Notes: generated by a model from the letters alone, not told the origin. Shown: positions 1-10,094, counted from the stretch's first letter. The stretch: DNA of 32,000 nucleotides from Breznakia sp. PF5-3 (GCF_029504745.1 NZ_JAQFIQ010000001.1:1-32000); one strand, 5' to 3'. Translations and numbers: made by a program.

Positions 1-172
1 TAATATTATCCTTTCTCACAAAACACAAAGCTCCTTCTACTATACCGGTTTCATCTTAATGCAACAACCTGTTGCTTTAAGTTTAATAATCAAGGACTTT
101 TGTATTTGTATATTGATTCCTTTCAATTTATTTATAAAGATAGTATAATTATATGTATTTATGGGAGGATAT

Positions 173-1351
173 ATGTCGATTCTAATACGATTTTTTATAA
201 AAGATTTTAAAAATATAAAAAAACCTAGTGTACGGGCAAGTTATGGTAAGCTTGCAAGTATCTATGGTATTTTCTGGAATATTATTTTATTTGTATCAAA
301 ATTGGTAGTTGGGACGCTATTTGGTAGTGTTTCAATAACTGCTGATGCATTTAATAACTTAAGTGATGCAGGTAGTAGCATCATCTCGCTTGTCAGTTTT
401 ATCTTTTCAAGTCGTCCTGCAGATGAGGATCATCCCTTTGGGCATGAACGCTTAGAATATGTTTTCAGCTTGATGGTTGCATTTATTATTATGTTTTTTG
501 GTCTGCAATTAATTATGAATTCAGTTGACCAAATTTTACATCCAACTGTGATGAAATTTGATTTGGTAGTAGTCATCATTTTATTGTTTTCGATCATAGT
601 GAAAGCATATATGTATTATTATAATAGGAAATATGGAAAATTAATTAATTCTACTGTTATGCACAGTGCAGCGGTTGATAGTATCAGTGATGTTATGGCA
701 ACTGGAGTAGTGTTAGTTGGATTAATTATATCTCATTTCTTTGCTATTCAACTGGATGGGTATTTGGGAGTAGTTGTTGCCTTATTTATTATGAAAGGTG
801 GTTATGAGATTATTGTTGAAACATTCAATAAGCTTATAGGAGAAGCACCTGATCCTGAATTCACAAAAAAGATTATAAAGAAGATATTAAGTTATGATGG
901 AGTATTGGGAGTACATGATTTAGTTATTCACACATATGGTCCAGGAAAGACATTTGTAACTGTACATGTGGAAGTAGACTGTGATGAAGATATTTTGAAA
1001 AGTCATGATATTATAGATAATATTGAAAAAGACTTTGCCAAACATGATCAAATTAACTTAGTTATTCATATGGATCCAATTGATATGGATGATGAATTTA
1101 CAAATAAAATGCGAATACAAGTGGCAAAAGAAATAAGTGGTATTGATGAAGCGTTGTCCATTCATGATTTTCGAGTAGTACGTGGAGATACGCATAATAA
1201 TTTGATCTTTGATGTGGATGTACCAATAGGATTCCCAATGAAAGATAAAGAATTATTACAAATAATTCATAAGAACTTACCACAAGGAAAAATACCTAAT
1301 TATGGGGTTATTACAATTGATAGGGCATATACAACTACAGTAGAAGAATAA
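173..1351 (+). CDS. Cation diffusion facilitator (CDF) family divalent-metal efflux transporter with two tandem C-terminal cytoplasmic domains
   Basis: Six predicted TM segments. CDF motifs are present (SITADAFNNLSD, DxDHPFGHERLE), followed by two consecutive HD(L/F)-type CDF C-terminal domains. The preferred start is ATG 173, just after GGGAGG at 163-168; the track start at 161 lies inside that SD. Confidence 0.85.
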   Translation: MSILIRFFIKDFKNIKKPSVRASYGKLASIYGIFWNIILFVSKLVVGTLFGSVSITADAFNNLSDAGSSIISLVSFIFSSRPADEDHPFGHERLEYVFSLMVAFIIMFFGLQLIMNSVDQILHPTVMKFDLVVVIILLFSIIVKAYMYYYNRKYGKLINSTVMHSAAVDSISDVMATGVVLVGLIISHFFAIQLDGYLGVVVALFIMKGGYEIIVETFNKLIGEAPDPEFTKKIIKKILSYDGVLGVHDLVIHTYGPGKTFVTVHVEVDCDEDILKSHDIIDNIEKDFAKHDQINLVIHMDPIDMDDEFTNKMRIQVAKEISGIDEALSIHDFRVVRGDTHNNLIFDVDVPIGFPMKDKELLQIIHKNLPQGKIPNYGVITIDRAYTTTVEE

Positions 1352-1352
1352 T

Positions 1353-1378
1353 AAAAAGAAGTTTTAAAACTTCTTTTT
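1353..1378. terminator. Bidirectional rho-independent terminator between convergent genes
   Basis: Perfect palindrome AAAAAGAAGTTTT/AAAACTTCTTTTT, with A/T runs on both sides. It overlaps the stop codon of the minus-strand gene. Confidence 0.8.
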
Positions 1379-2138
1379 ATTTTTGTAAAATAAAGGTCAT
1401 CATTCGTCCTTGTTCATTTCTTTTGCGATGGGAAAAGAAATCTTCTTCATCTTCGTATGTGTCACCATGATGAATGAAAATATGTGTATCAGGGATACCT
1501 GCACTTAAAAGCATGTGGTGGTTTAGTCCTTTTAAATCGATTAGTGCTTTTCCATTTTCTTTAGGAATTACGAATACTTCTGTATCAAAGGACATCGCTT
1601 TTACTTTTTCAGCAATTTCTAAGCTTACTTCAAAATTTAAAAATTCAATCGATGGACCAATATATGCATAAAGTTCTTCAGGTTGAGAATCTTCATCATA
1701 AATAAGTGTATCAAGCATCTTTTTGGTTAATTCATTGATGGTGCCTTTCCAACCTGCGTGAATAGCAGCAACGATATTTTGTCCTTTATCATAGATAAGG
1801 ATAGGAACACAATCTGCTGTGAAAACACCTAATAGAATATTCTTTTCCTTTGTATATAAGGCATCGCAATTTTTGATTTCATCTTTGGTGCTGAATGCAC
1901 CAGCACCTATATCTTCACGTGTTACTTTGTGAATGTTTGTGGAATGTGTTTGATTGGCGAATACACAACGTTCTAATTCGAAATTTAATTCTTCCATTAA
2001 ATCTTTTCGATTTTGAATTACAGCTTCAGAATCCTCTGTTGTATGTAAAGCCATATTGTTGTTTTGACTTTTTTCTATATCTTTAATGGTTGTACCTGCA
2101 TACAATTCTTCAATACTGGACCAATTTATATAGGGCAT
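1377..2138 (-). CDS. pgeF: YfiH/PgeF family (DUF152) laccase-domain protein, peptidoglycan editing factor / purine nucleoside phosphorylase-like
   Basis: Family motifs FANQTHS, TADCVPI and AAIHAGWKGT. The start is moved to ATG 2138, preceded by AGGAGGTG (complement of 2145-2152). The track's GTG start lies inside that SD. Confidence 0.85.
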   Translation of the reverse strand: MPYINWSSIEELYAGTTIKDIEKSQNNNMALHTTEDSEAVIQNRKDLMEELNFELERCVFANQTHSTNIHKVTREDIGAGAFSTKDEIKNCDALYTKEKNILLGVFTADCVPILIYDKGQNIVAAIHAGWKGTINELTKKMLDTLIYDEDSQPEELYAYIGPSIEFLNFEVSLEIAEKVKAMSFDTEVFVIPKENGKALIDLKGLNHHMLLSAGIPDTHIFIHHGDTYEDEEDFFSHRKRNEQGRMMTFILQK

Positions 2139-2160
2139 AATAAGCACCTCCTACTAGCAT

Positions 2161-2169
2161 ATTTTAGCA
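2161..2169 (-). promoter_or_regulatory. Candidate extended -10 promoter (TGCTAAAAT) for pgeF
   Basis: The reverse complement of 2161-2169 reads TGCTAAAAT. This sits about 23 nt upstream of the pgeF ATG and about 9 nt upstream of its SD. Confidence 0.4.
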
Positions 2170-2203
2170 CAATTTAAAGAAAATAAAATAAATTACAAAA
2201 AAA

Positions 2204-2230
2204 TTAGCACTAATGAGTTGACAGTGCTAA
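2204..2230 (+). promoter_or_regulatory. CIRCE element O1 (HrcA operator) overlapping the -35 of the hrcA operon promoter
   Basis: TTAGCACTA-ATGAGTTGA-CAGTGCTAA compared with the consensus TTAGCACTC-N9-GAGTGCTAA gives 8/9 matches in each arm. The TTGACA hexamer is embedded at 2218-2223. Confidence 0.9.
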
Positions 2231-2246
2231 CAAAATCGGATATACT
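2218..2246 (+). promoter_or_regulatory. SigA-type promoter of the hrcA-grpE-dnaK-dnaJ operon
   Basis: -35 TTGACA (2218-2223), a 17-nt spacer, and -10 TATACT (2241-2246). Confidence 0.75.
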
Positions 2247-2247
2247 G

Positions 2248-2274
2248 TTAGCAGACATTGAATTCGAGTGCTAG
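2248..2274 (+). promoter_or_regulatory. CIRCE element O2 (weaker) immediately downstream of the -10, covering the TSS and 5' UTR
   Basis: TTAGCAGAC-ATTGAATTC-GAGTGCTAG. The left arm matches the consensus at 7/9 and the right arm at 8/9, with correct N9 spacing. Confidence 0.75.
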
Positions 2275-2288
2275 AAAGAGGTGAATAA

Positions 2289-3302
2289 ATGTTAACTGAA
2301 AGACAGACACTTATCTTGAAAACAATTATAGATGAGTTTACAAAAACAGCTGAACCAGTTGGATCAAAACGTCTAATGTCTTTATTGGATATTAGTGTTT
2401 CTAGTGCTACTTTACGAAATGAAATGGCGATTTTGGAAGAGTTTGGGTTATTGGAAAAAACACATACTTCTTCTGGAAGAATTCCATCTAGTAAAGGTTA
2501 TCGTTATTATGTAGAGAATTTAATGGATAAAAAACTGGACAGCAAAGTACAAAATGCTTTGAGCGAAGTATTTCAAGAACGTCATTATACGATGGAAGAG
2601 ATTGTTAAAAAGAGTTGTGATATTTTATCACAGATGACAAATTTAACATCTGTTGTATTGGGACCTGAAACAAGCTCACAGACATTGCAGCATATTCAAA
2701 TCTTTCCAATTAACGAAAGAAGTGCTGTTTGTGTATTTATTACAAGCCATGGTCATACGGAAAATAAAACTTTTCATTTTGACGAAAGTATATCTTTAAA
2801 AGATATTCAGACATGCTGTAATATTCTTAATGATCAATTAGCAGGTACACCGATTAATGAAGTTGCTACCAAGATGGAAGAAATACGACCTATGTTATCA
2901 AGTCAGGTATCTAGGCATGAAGTATTATTTCAAGCATTTGTTGGTGCATTCATGAAATTTGCATCGGATAACGTGTATACTTCTGGAGCAACAAATATGT
3001 TGTATCAACCAGAGTTTGCTGACATTGAGAAATTGAAGGAACTGATGAAATTCTTAGAAGATTCCACAGTTTGGCGACAGTTAGGTAATAGTGAAGGAGA
3101 TATTTCAATTCGAATAGGAAATGATAACGAAGTTATTCCGATGGATAATGTTTCTGTAATTACTAGTAAGATTAAACTCAACCAAGAAGAAGAAGGACAA
3201 CTTATGGTTGTTGGACCAACTAGAATGCCTTATAACAAGATTGTTGCTTTGATGGAGTATATGGCAAAAGTGATTGAGGATTTATATCGTGACGATGGTT
3301 AG
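2289..3302 (+). CDS. hrcA: Heat-inducible transcription repressor HrcA
   Basis: N-terminal winged-helix sequence MLTERQ..ILK.II..F....EPVGSK. It is the first gene of the canonical hrcA-grpE-dnaK-dnaJ order. SD is AGAGGTG. Confidence 0.95.
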   Translation: MLTERQTLILKTIIDEFTKTAEPVGSKRLMSLLDISVSSATLRNEMAILEEFGLLEKTHTSSGRIPSSKGYRYYVENLMDKKLDSKVQNALSEVFQERHYTMEEIVKKSCDILSQMTNLTSVVLGPETSSQTLQHIQIFPINERSAVCVFITSHGHTENKTFHFDESISLKDIQTCCNILNDQLAGTPINEVATKMEEIRPMLSSQVSRHEVLFQAFVGAFMKFASDNVYTSGATNMLYQPEFADIEKLKELMKFLEDSTVWRQLGNSEGDISIRIGNDNEVIPMDNVSVITSKIKLNQEEEGQLMVVGPTRMPYNKIVALMEYMAKVIEDLYRDDG

Positions 3303-3314
3303 GAGAAAGGTAAG

Positions 3315-5734
<2,420 letters not shown>

Positions 5735-5752
5735 AATTAGTTTCAACAAAGG

Positions 5753-5780
5753 GAAGTTCTAGTTATTGTACTAGAACTTC
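5753..5780 (+). terminator. Intercistronic stem-loop between dnaK and dnaJ (possible partial terminator or processing/stability element)
   Basis: GAAGTTCTAG-N8-CTAGAACTTC forms a 10-bp perfect stem. There is no directly adjacent U-tract; TGCACGTTGTTATTT follows. Confidence 0.4.
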
Positions 5781-5828
5781 TGCACGTTGTTATTTGAATA
5801 GTTTATATAGGATTTGGGAGGTTTTGCG

Positions 5829-6941
5829 ATGGCAAAAAGAGATTATTATGAAATTCTAGGGTTAGCAAAAGATGCTAATGAGCAAGATATCAAAAAAGCG
5901 TATCGAAAGATGGCAAAAAAATATCATCCAGATGTAAATGATGGAAAAGATGCTGAAGAAAAATTCAAAGAGGTGAATGAAGCCTACGAAGTATTAAGTG
6001 ACCCACAAAAGAAAGCGACTTATGATCAATTTGGTCATGCTGGTTTGGATGGAGCACAAGGCTTCGGAGGTGGAGGTCAAGGCTTTTCAGACTTTGGAGG
6101 ATTTGAAGATATTTTTGGATCATTTTTTGGTGGTGGTTTTGGTGGAAGCACTCGTTCAAGTGCTCAAACAGGACCACGAAAAGGTGAAGATCGTTTTATG
6201 CAAATGCGGGTGGATTTTTTGGATGCAATTTTTGGCAAGAGCGAAGAAATATCAATTGAAGTGGACGAGCAGTGTAGTGAATGTTTAGGTAGTGGAGCCA
6301 AAAGCAAAGATGATGTTCAAAGCTGTGAGACTTGTCATGGTTCAGGTAGAGTTGTTTCTCAACAAAGAACAGCGTTTGGTGTTTTCCAAAGTGAAAGTGT
6401 TTGTCCGACATGTCATGGTACAGGGAAGACAATTAAGAACAAATGTCCAAAATGTCATGGTAGTGGACATGAACATAAACGAATTAAGTTAGATATTAAA
6501 ATACCTGCAGGAATTCAAAGTGGACAACAAATCCGTATTTCTGGAAAAGGTGAAAAAGGATACAATGGTGGACCAAATGGAGATCTATATATCGAAGTAT
6601 TAGTAGCACCACATAAATCCTTTGTGCGTGAAGGTAATGATATTCGTATTAATGTTCCAATTAGCAGTATCGATGCAACATTAGGAACACAATTGGATAT
6701 TCCAACTGTGTATGGTGATGTATCCTTGAAGATACCAGCAGGAACACAAAATGGTACAAAATTCCGTTTAAAAGGAAAAGGTGTGAAATCAACCAGAGGT
6801 CATCAAGGTGATCAATATGTTGAAGTTAAAGTAGAAATTCCTAAAAAGTTATCAAAACAAGAAAAGGAATTATATGCAAAACTTCGTGATGCTTCAAAAA
6901 ATGATTCACCATTTGAAAAATTTAAAAAAGCTTTCAAGTAA
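5829..6941 (+). CDS. dnaJ: Hsp40 co-chaperone DnaJ
   Basis: J-domain (HPD motif), G/F-rich linker, and four CxxCxGxG zinc-finger repeats. The start is moved to ATG 5829 ([11 protein letters not shown]), preceded by GGGAGG at 5816-5821. The track's TTG start at 5814 overlaps that SD. Confidence 0.97.
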   Translation: MAKRDYYEILGLAKDANEQDIKKAYRKMAKKYHPDVNDGKDAEEKFKEVNEAYEVLSDPQKKATYDQFGHAGLDGAQGFGGGGQGFSDFGGFEDIFGSFFGGGFGGSTRSSAQTGPRKGEDRFMQMRVDFLDAIFGKSEEISIEVDEQCSECLGSGAKSKDDVQSCETCHGSGRVVSQQRTAFGVFQSESVCPTCHGTGKTIKNKCPKCHGSGHEHKRIKLDIKIPAGIQSGQQIRISGKGEKGYNGGPNGDLYIEVLVAPHKSFVREGNDIRINVPISSIDATLGTQLDIPTVYGDVSLKIPAGTQNGTKFRLKGKGVKSTRGHQGDQYVEVKVEIPKKLSKQEKELYAKLRDASKNDSPFEKFKKAFK

Positions 6942-6963
6942 ACCATATTGGTTTACTTTTTTT
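6938..6963 (+). terminator. Rho-independent terminator of the dnaK operon
   Basis: GTAAACCA-loop-TGGTTTAC followed by T7. The dnaJ stop codon lies within the stem. Confidence 0.85.
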
Positions 6964-6964
6964 A

Positions 6965-6992
6965 TTGACAATTTATAGAAATGTTTTATAAT
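6965..6992 (+). promoter_or_regulatory. SigA-type promoter of the TetR operon
   Basis: -35 TTGACA (6965-6970), a 16-nt spacer, and -10 TATAAT (6987-6992). Confidence 0.7.
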
Positions 6993-7007
6993 GAGTGTAT
7001 ACTCATT
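6990..7007 (+). promoter_or_regulatory. Candidate TetR-family operator (inverted repeat overlapping the -10 and TSS)
   Basis: AATGAGT-GTAT-ACTCATT, with perfect 7-bp arms. It overlaps the last 3 nt of the -10 hexamer and the predicted TSS. Confidence 0.5.
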
Positions 7008-7025
7008 GAGTTAGGAGTCAACAAA

Positions 7026-7592
7026 ATGAATGAACGTCAAAAGCAGAAAATAGAAACCCGGAATAAAATTGTTGAAAATGCTTTTTTACTTTATGCAAAA
7101 GATGGCTTTCAAGTGCCAACGAGTAACATTGCGAAAGCTTCCAATGTATCGCATGGAACTATATTTTCGCATTTTTCAACAAAAGATGATCTTTTGATTT
7201 TTGTAATTGGTGAGTTTGGGGAAAAGCTAACGAATCGCTTACATGAAATATCAATTTCTTCAATGTCATTAAAAACAGCATTATCTACACATGTGGATAT
7301 TATTGAGGAATATGAAGATTTTTATATTCAATTCATTCGGGAAAAGCACAATCTACCCGATATGGCAAAGATGGAATTTATTTCAATTCAATCTGCAGCA
7401 TCTCATCATTTAGAAGCAATTTTTCAAAAAGATTCTACAATTGATATATCACTTCCTATGATTTTTAATACTTGGGTGGGGTTGTTACACTATTATTTGC
7501 TTAATAAAGACTTCTTTTCACCAAATAGTTCGGTTTTGAAGAAATATAAGAATGAATTGGTGGATACTTTTATGAAAATGATATATAAATAA
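7026..7592 (+). CDS. TetR/AcrR family transcriptional regulator
   Basis: N-terminal HTH (..AF.LYAK.GF..PTSNIAKASNVSHGTIFSHFSTKDDL). The start is moved to ATG 7026, preceded by AGGAG at 7013-7017. The track start at 6981 lies inside the promoter. Confidence 0.85.
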   Translation: MNERQKQKIETRNKIVENAFLLYAKDGFQVPTSNIAKASNVSHGTIFSHFSTKDDLLIFVIGEFGEKLTNRLHEISISSMSLKTALSTHVDIIEEYEDFYIQFIREKHNLPDMAKMEFISIQSAASHHLEAIFQKDSTIDISLPMIFNTWVGLLHYYLLNKDFFSPNSSVLKKYKNELVDTFMKMIYK

Positions 7593-7604
7593 GGAGGAAC
7601 GATT

Positions 7605-7850
7605 ATGAAAACATGTATTGCTTGTGGAATGCCAATGCGTACAATTGAGGATTATCCGCTTAATGATGAAAGTAAAGATTATTGTAAGTTTTGTGCAAAC
7701 GAAGATGGAAGTATGCATTCCTATGAACAAAAGTTAAAAGGAATGAGTGCATTTCTTGTGAATACACAGGGAATTGATACAGAAGTTGCTCAAGAAATGG
7801 CGAAAAAAATGATGGAAAAATTACCTGCATGGAGAGATTATAGTGAATGA
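7605..7850 (+). CDS. Small zinc-ribbon domain protein (resembles Pfam zinc_ribbon_2 family), function unknown
   Basis: Two CxxC pairs (CIAC at residues 5-8, CKFC at 27-30) in an 81-aa protein. SD GGAGG is 6 nt upstream, and the gap to the TetR gene is 12 nt. Confidence 0.7.
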   Translation: MKTCIACGMPMRTIEDYPLNDESKDYCKFCANEDGSMHSYEQKLKGMSAFLVNTQGIDTEVAQEMAKKMMEKLPAWRDYSE

Positions 7851-8106
7851 TTTATTGGCTTTACCAAATGTTGGAAAAGTATTAGCACAAAATTTGTTGG
7901 CTGCAGGAATTACAACGCCTGAGCAATTGTATACGGAAGGTAGTATGAATGCATTTCTTAAAATACGGGAGAATGCTGATCCTGATGCATGTATTCGGGT
8001 TCTATATGGTCTTCAAGGAGCAATTGAAGGAATTAAAGATACAAATCTTTCGTACCTTACTAAAAATGAATTAAAACATTTCTTTTATTCACTTAACAAA
8101 AAATAA
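7843..8106 (+). CDS. TfoX/Sxy C-terminal-domain-only protein (helix-hairpin-helix), function unknown
   Basis: LPNVGKVLAQNLLAAGITTPEQL is an HhH motif typical of TfoX_C. The GTG start overlaps the upstream stop by 8 nt, with GGAGAG 6 nt upstream, which indicates translational coupling. Confidence 0.65.
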   Translation: MNDLLALPNVGKVLAQNLLAAGITTPEQLYTEGSMNAFLKIRENADPDACIRVLYGLQGAIEGIKDTNLSYLTKNELKHFFYSLNKK

Positions 8107-8129
8107 GATATTCAATTTTGAATATCTTA
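8104..8129. terminator. Bidirectional terminator between the TfoX_C gene and the yfcE-like gene
   Basis: Perfect palindrome TAAGATATTCAA-TT-TTGAATATCTTA. It spans both convergent stop codons and is followed by TTTT. Confidence 0.8.
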
Positions 8130-8675
8130 TTTTAGTTTATATGTATTTAAGATGTTGTAATCGACATCAATCCATTCATAAGCATCGCCTTCTAAAATAC
8201 CAAAGGTATGGGGGGTGTTTTCTTTTGGGAGTGAAATACTACCAGGGTTTATAATATGAATCTGTTGTTGCTTTTCCATAATTGGAATGTGAATATGTCC
8301 AAATAAGAAGATATCGTCATCTTTTATATTTTCAGGTAATCTATCTGGGTTATAAATATGTCCATGAGATATGAAGATGGAACGTTCTTGTAAAGGGATT
8401 GTTTGAGAGTCGTTGGTGATAGGGAAACTTAAGACCATTTGATCAACTTCGCTATCGCAATTCCCACGACATGCAATAATTGCATTGCTTAATGGATTTA
8501 ATAATGCAATAACTTTTTTAGGATCATAATCTTTTGGTAAAGGATTACGTGGTCCATGATATAAGATATCACCTAATAAAAGAATCTTATCACATTTAAA
8601 TTTATGAAAGGCATCTATTGCTTTTTGGGCATAATATGCACTACCATGGATATCACTTACGATTAAAAATTTCAT
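8127..8675 (-). CDS. yfcE: YfcE-like MJ0936-family metallophosphoesterase (phosphodiesterase)
   Basis: Motifs SDIHGS, LGDILYHGPRNPLP, RGNCDSEVDQM and GHIH closely parallel E. coli YfcE. Its start overlaps the end of cca by 23 nt. Confidence 0.85.
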   Translation of the reverse strand: MKFLIVSDIHGSAYYAQKAIDAFHKFKCDKILLLGDILYHGPRNPLPKDYDPKKVIALLNPLSNAIIACRGNCDSEVDQMVLSFPITNDSQTIPLQERSIFISHGHIYNPDRLPENIKDDDIFLFGHIHIPIMEKQQQIHIINPGSISLPKENTPHTFGILEGDAYEWIDVDYNILNTYKLK

Positions 8676-10014
8676 TTTTCATTCCTCCTGCTATTTTTAA
8701 TAATTGATCTTTTGTGTTTTTATCTTGGTTATTTACAATATATTTTACTAGTTTATGTAACACGATACCAATTTCTTGTTCGCGATAACCAAGTTTTTTG
8801 ATATCATTTCCATCTATGGATAAATGATTGATAGAAAATACTTCGTTATGTTTCTCCATTTCTTTTATACATGCAATCGCATCATCAATAAGCTTGTTTT
8901 TTTCTTTTACAATGGTTGGGTCTTTGCCAAGGTTATCAAGTTTTTGAACATGTAAAATATCATATGCTATCTTGTAGTCTCCGTTTAATTTGTATAAAAA
9001 CTTACGTAATACATTTTTTTTAGGTGATACATAATAATCATGATAATAAATTAACATATAGACATTCTTTATAATATCATTTGAGAATTTAAGATCTCTT
9101 AAAATCTTTTTTGATAATTCAGCACTTGCATGTGCGTGTCCTTTGAAATGTGCAACTCCTTTTTTATCTATTGTTTTATAGTTTCTTTTTTCTAAATCAT
9201 GAAGTAGAATTGCTAAACGAATGTTTAATGGTTCTCCTATACTGGCATTTAGTGCACTGTTAAGATGATGAAAGACATCGTAGATATGGTAAGGAGACTC
9301 TTGAGTAACATGGAAAGCCAAGCTGTATTCAGGAATGATATACAATAATACTTTACTTTCTTTTAGGGTTATCAATAAATCTTTATAATCAGATGCTAAC
9401 ATTTTAATGAATTCATCTCGAATTCTTTCCTTTGAGATATGATTTAATAAGTCTACGCTTTCTTGTAGGGCAGTGTAGGTGTTTTTTTCGATAGTAAAAC
9501 CTAAAGTAAATGCGAATCTAAGAGCTCTTAAAATACGTAATGCATCTTCATGAAAACGTTCTTTTGGGTTGCCAATACAACGAATAATTTTTGCTTTTAT
9601 ATCATTTTGTCCACCATAATAATCAATGATTTGATTTTGATCTAAACAGATAGCATTGATTGTGAAATCACGGCGTTTTAAATCCTCTTTCAAATCACTT
9701 GTAAAAGTAACTGTTTTTGGTATACGATGATGAATATAATCACTTTCCTGTCGATAGGTTGTTACTTCAATATGTTCATTATCGATTACAAAAGTGATAG
9801 TTCCATGCTTTAATCCCGTAGGAATAACAAGATAGTGATCTGCTTTGGCTTTTTCTAAAAGAAAAAAGGCATCACAACTAGTTGTGATATCAAAATCATG
9901 TACATCTCGATTCATGAGAAAATCACGAACACAACCACCAACTAAAAAGGCTTCGTATCCAAGAGAATGAATGTATGATAAAACCTTTTTCGCACTTTGA
10001 TGGATATTATACAT
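8653..10014 (-). CDS. cca: CCA-adding tRNA nucleotidyltransferase with C-terminal HD domain
   Basis: The class II nucleotidyltransferase head is present (GGCVRD.....DFDITT and RRDFTINA). An HD motif (LAILLHDLEK) lies in the C-terminal part. The start is moved to ATG 10014, preceded by GGAGGT (complement of 10022-10027). Confidence 0.9.
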   Translation of the reverse strand: MYNIHQSAKKVLSYIHSLGYEAFLVGGCVRDFLMNRDVHDFDITTSCDAFFLLEKAKADHYLVIPTGLKHGTITFVIDNEHIEVTTYRQESDYIHHRIPKTVTFTSDLKEDLKRRDFTINAICLDQNQIIDYYGGQNDIKAKIIRCIGNPKERFHEDALRILRALRFAFTLGFTIEKNTYTALQESVDLLNHISKERIRDEFIKMLASDYKDLLITLKESKVLLYIIPEYSLAFHVTQESPYHIYDVFHHLNSALNASIGEPLNIRLAILLHDLEKRNYKTIDKKGVAHFKGHAHASAELSKKILRDLKFSNDIIKNVYMLIYYHDYYVSPKKNVLRKFLYKLNGDYKIAYDILHVQKLDNLGKDPTIVKEKNKLIDDAIACIKEMEKHNEVFSINHLSIDGNDIKKLGYREQEIGIVLHKLVKYIVNNQDKNTKDQLLKIAGGMKNEIFNRK

Positions 10015-10036
10015 TGAAAAACCTCCGTGTATTAAA

Positions 10037-10045
10037 ATTATAGCA
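10037..10045 (-). promoter_or_regulatory. Candidate extended -10 promoter (TGCTATAAT) for cca-yfcE
   Basis: The reverse complement of 10037-10045 reads TGCTATAAT, about 23 nt upstream of the cca ATG. Confidence 0.5.
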
Positions 10046-10067
10046 CAATAGGAAAGAAATGTGGATT

Positions 10068-10094
10068 TTAGCACTTAACGCTTGACAGTGCTAA
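10068..10094 (+). promoter_or_regulatory. CIRCE element O1 overlapping the -35 of the clpB promoter
   Basis: TTAGCACTT-AACGCTTGA-CAGTGCTAA, with 8/9 matches in each arm. The TTGACA hexamer is embedded at 10082-10087. Confidence 0.9.

Noticed and set aside
1-37. Possible start of a minus-strand gene running off the left edge. GAAGGAG occurs on the minus strand at 31-37, with TTG/GTG candidates at 28 and 19.
   Set aside because: At most 9 codons are visible and the SD spacing is ambiguous, so the call cannot be supported from this window.
1-172. Possible czcD/NiCo-type metal riboswitch upstream of the CDF transporter.
   Set aside because: The best -10 (TATAAT, 144-149) leaves only about 20 nt of leader. 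Region 1-140 shows none of the G/C-rich conserved junction nucleotides or four-helix organisation of that motif. Only a short GCAACA/TGTTGC hairpin at 61-75 is present.
2164-2170. Extra TTAGCAC half-site upstream of the hrcA CIRCE pair, and the related TAGCACAAT at 10041-10049 upstream of clpB, considered as possible third HrcA half-operators.
   Set aside because: No partner arm is present at N9 spacing. On the minus strand these sequences read TGCTAAAAT and TGCTATAAT, which are the extended -10 elements of the divergent pgeF and cca promoters.
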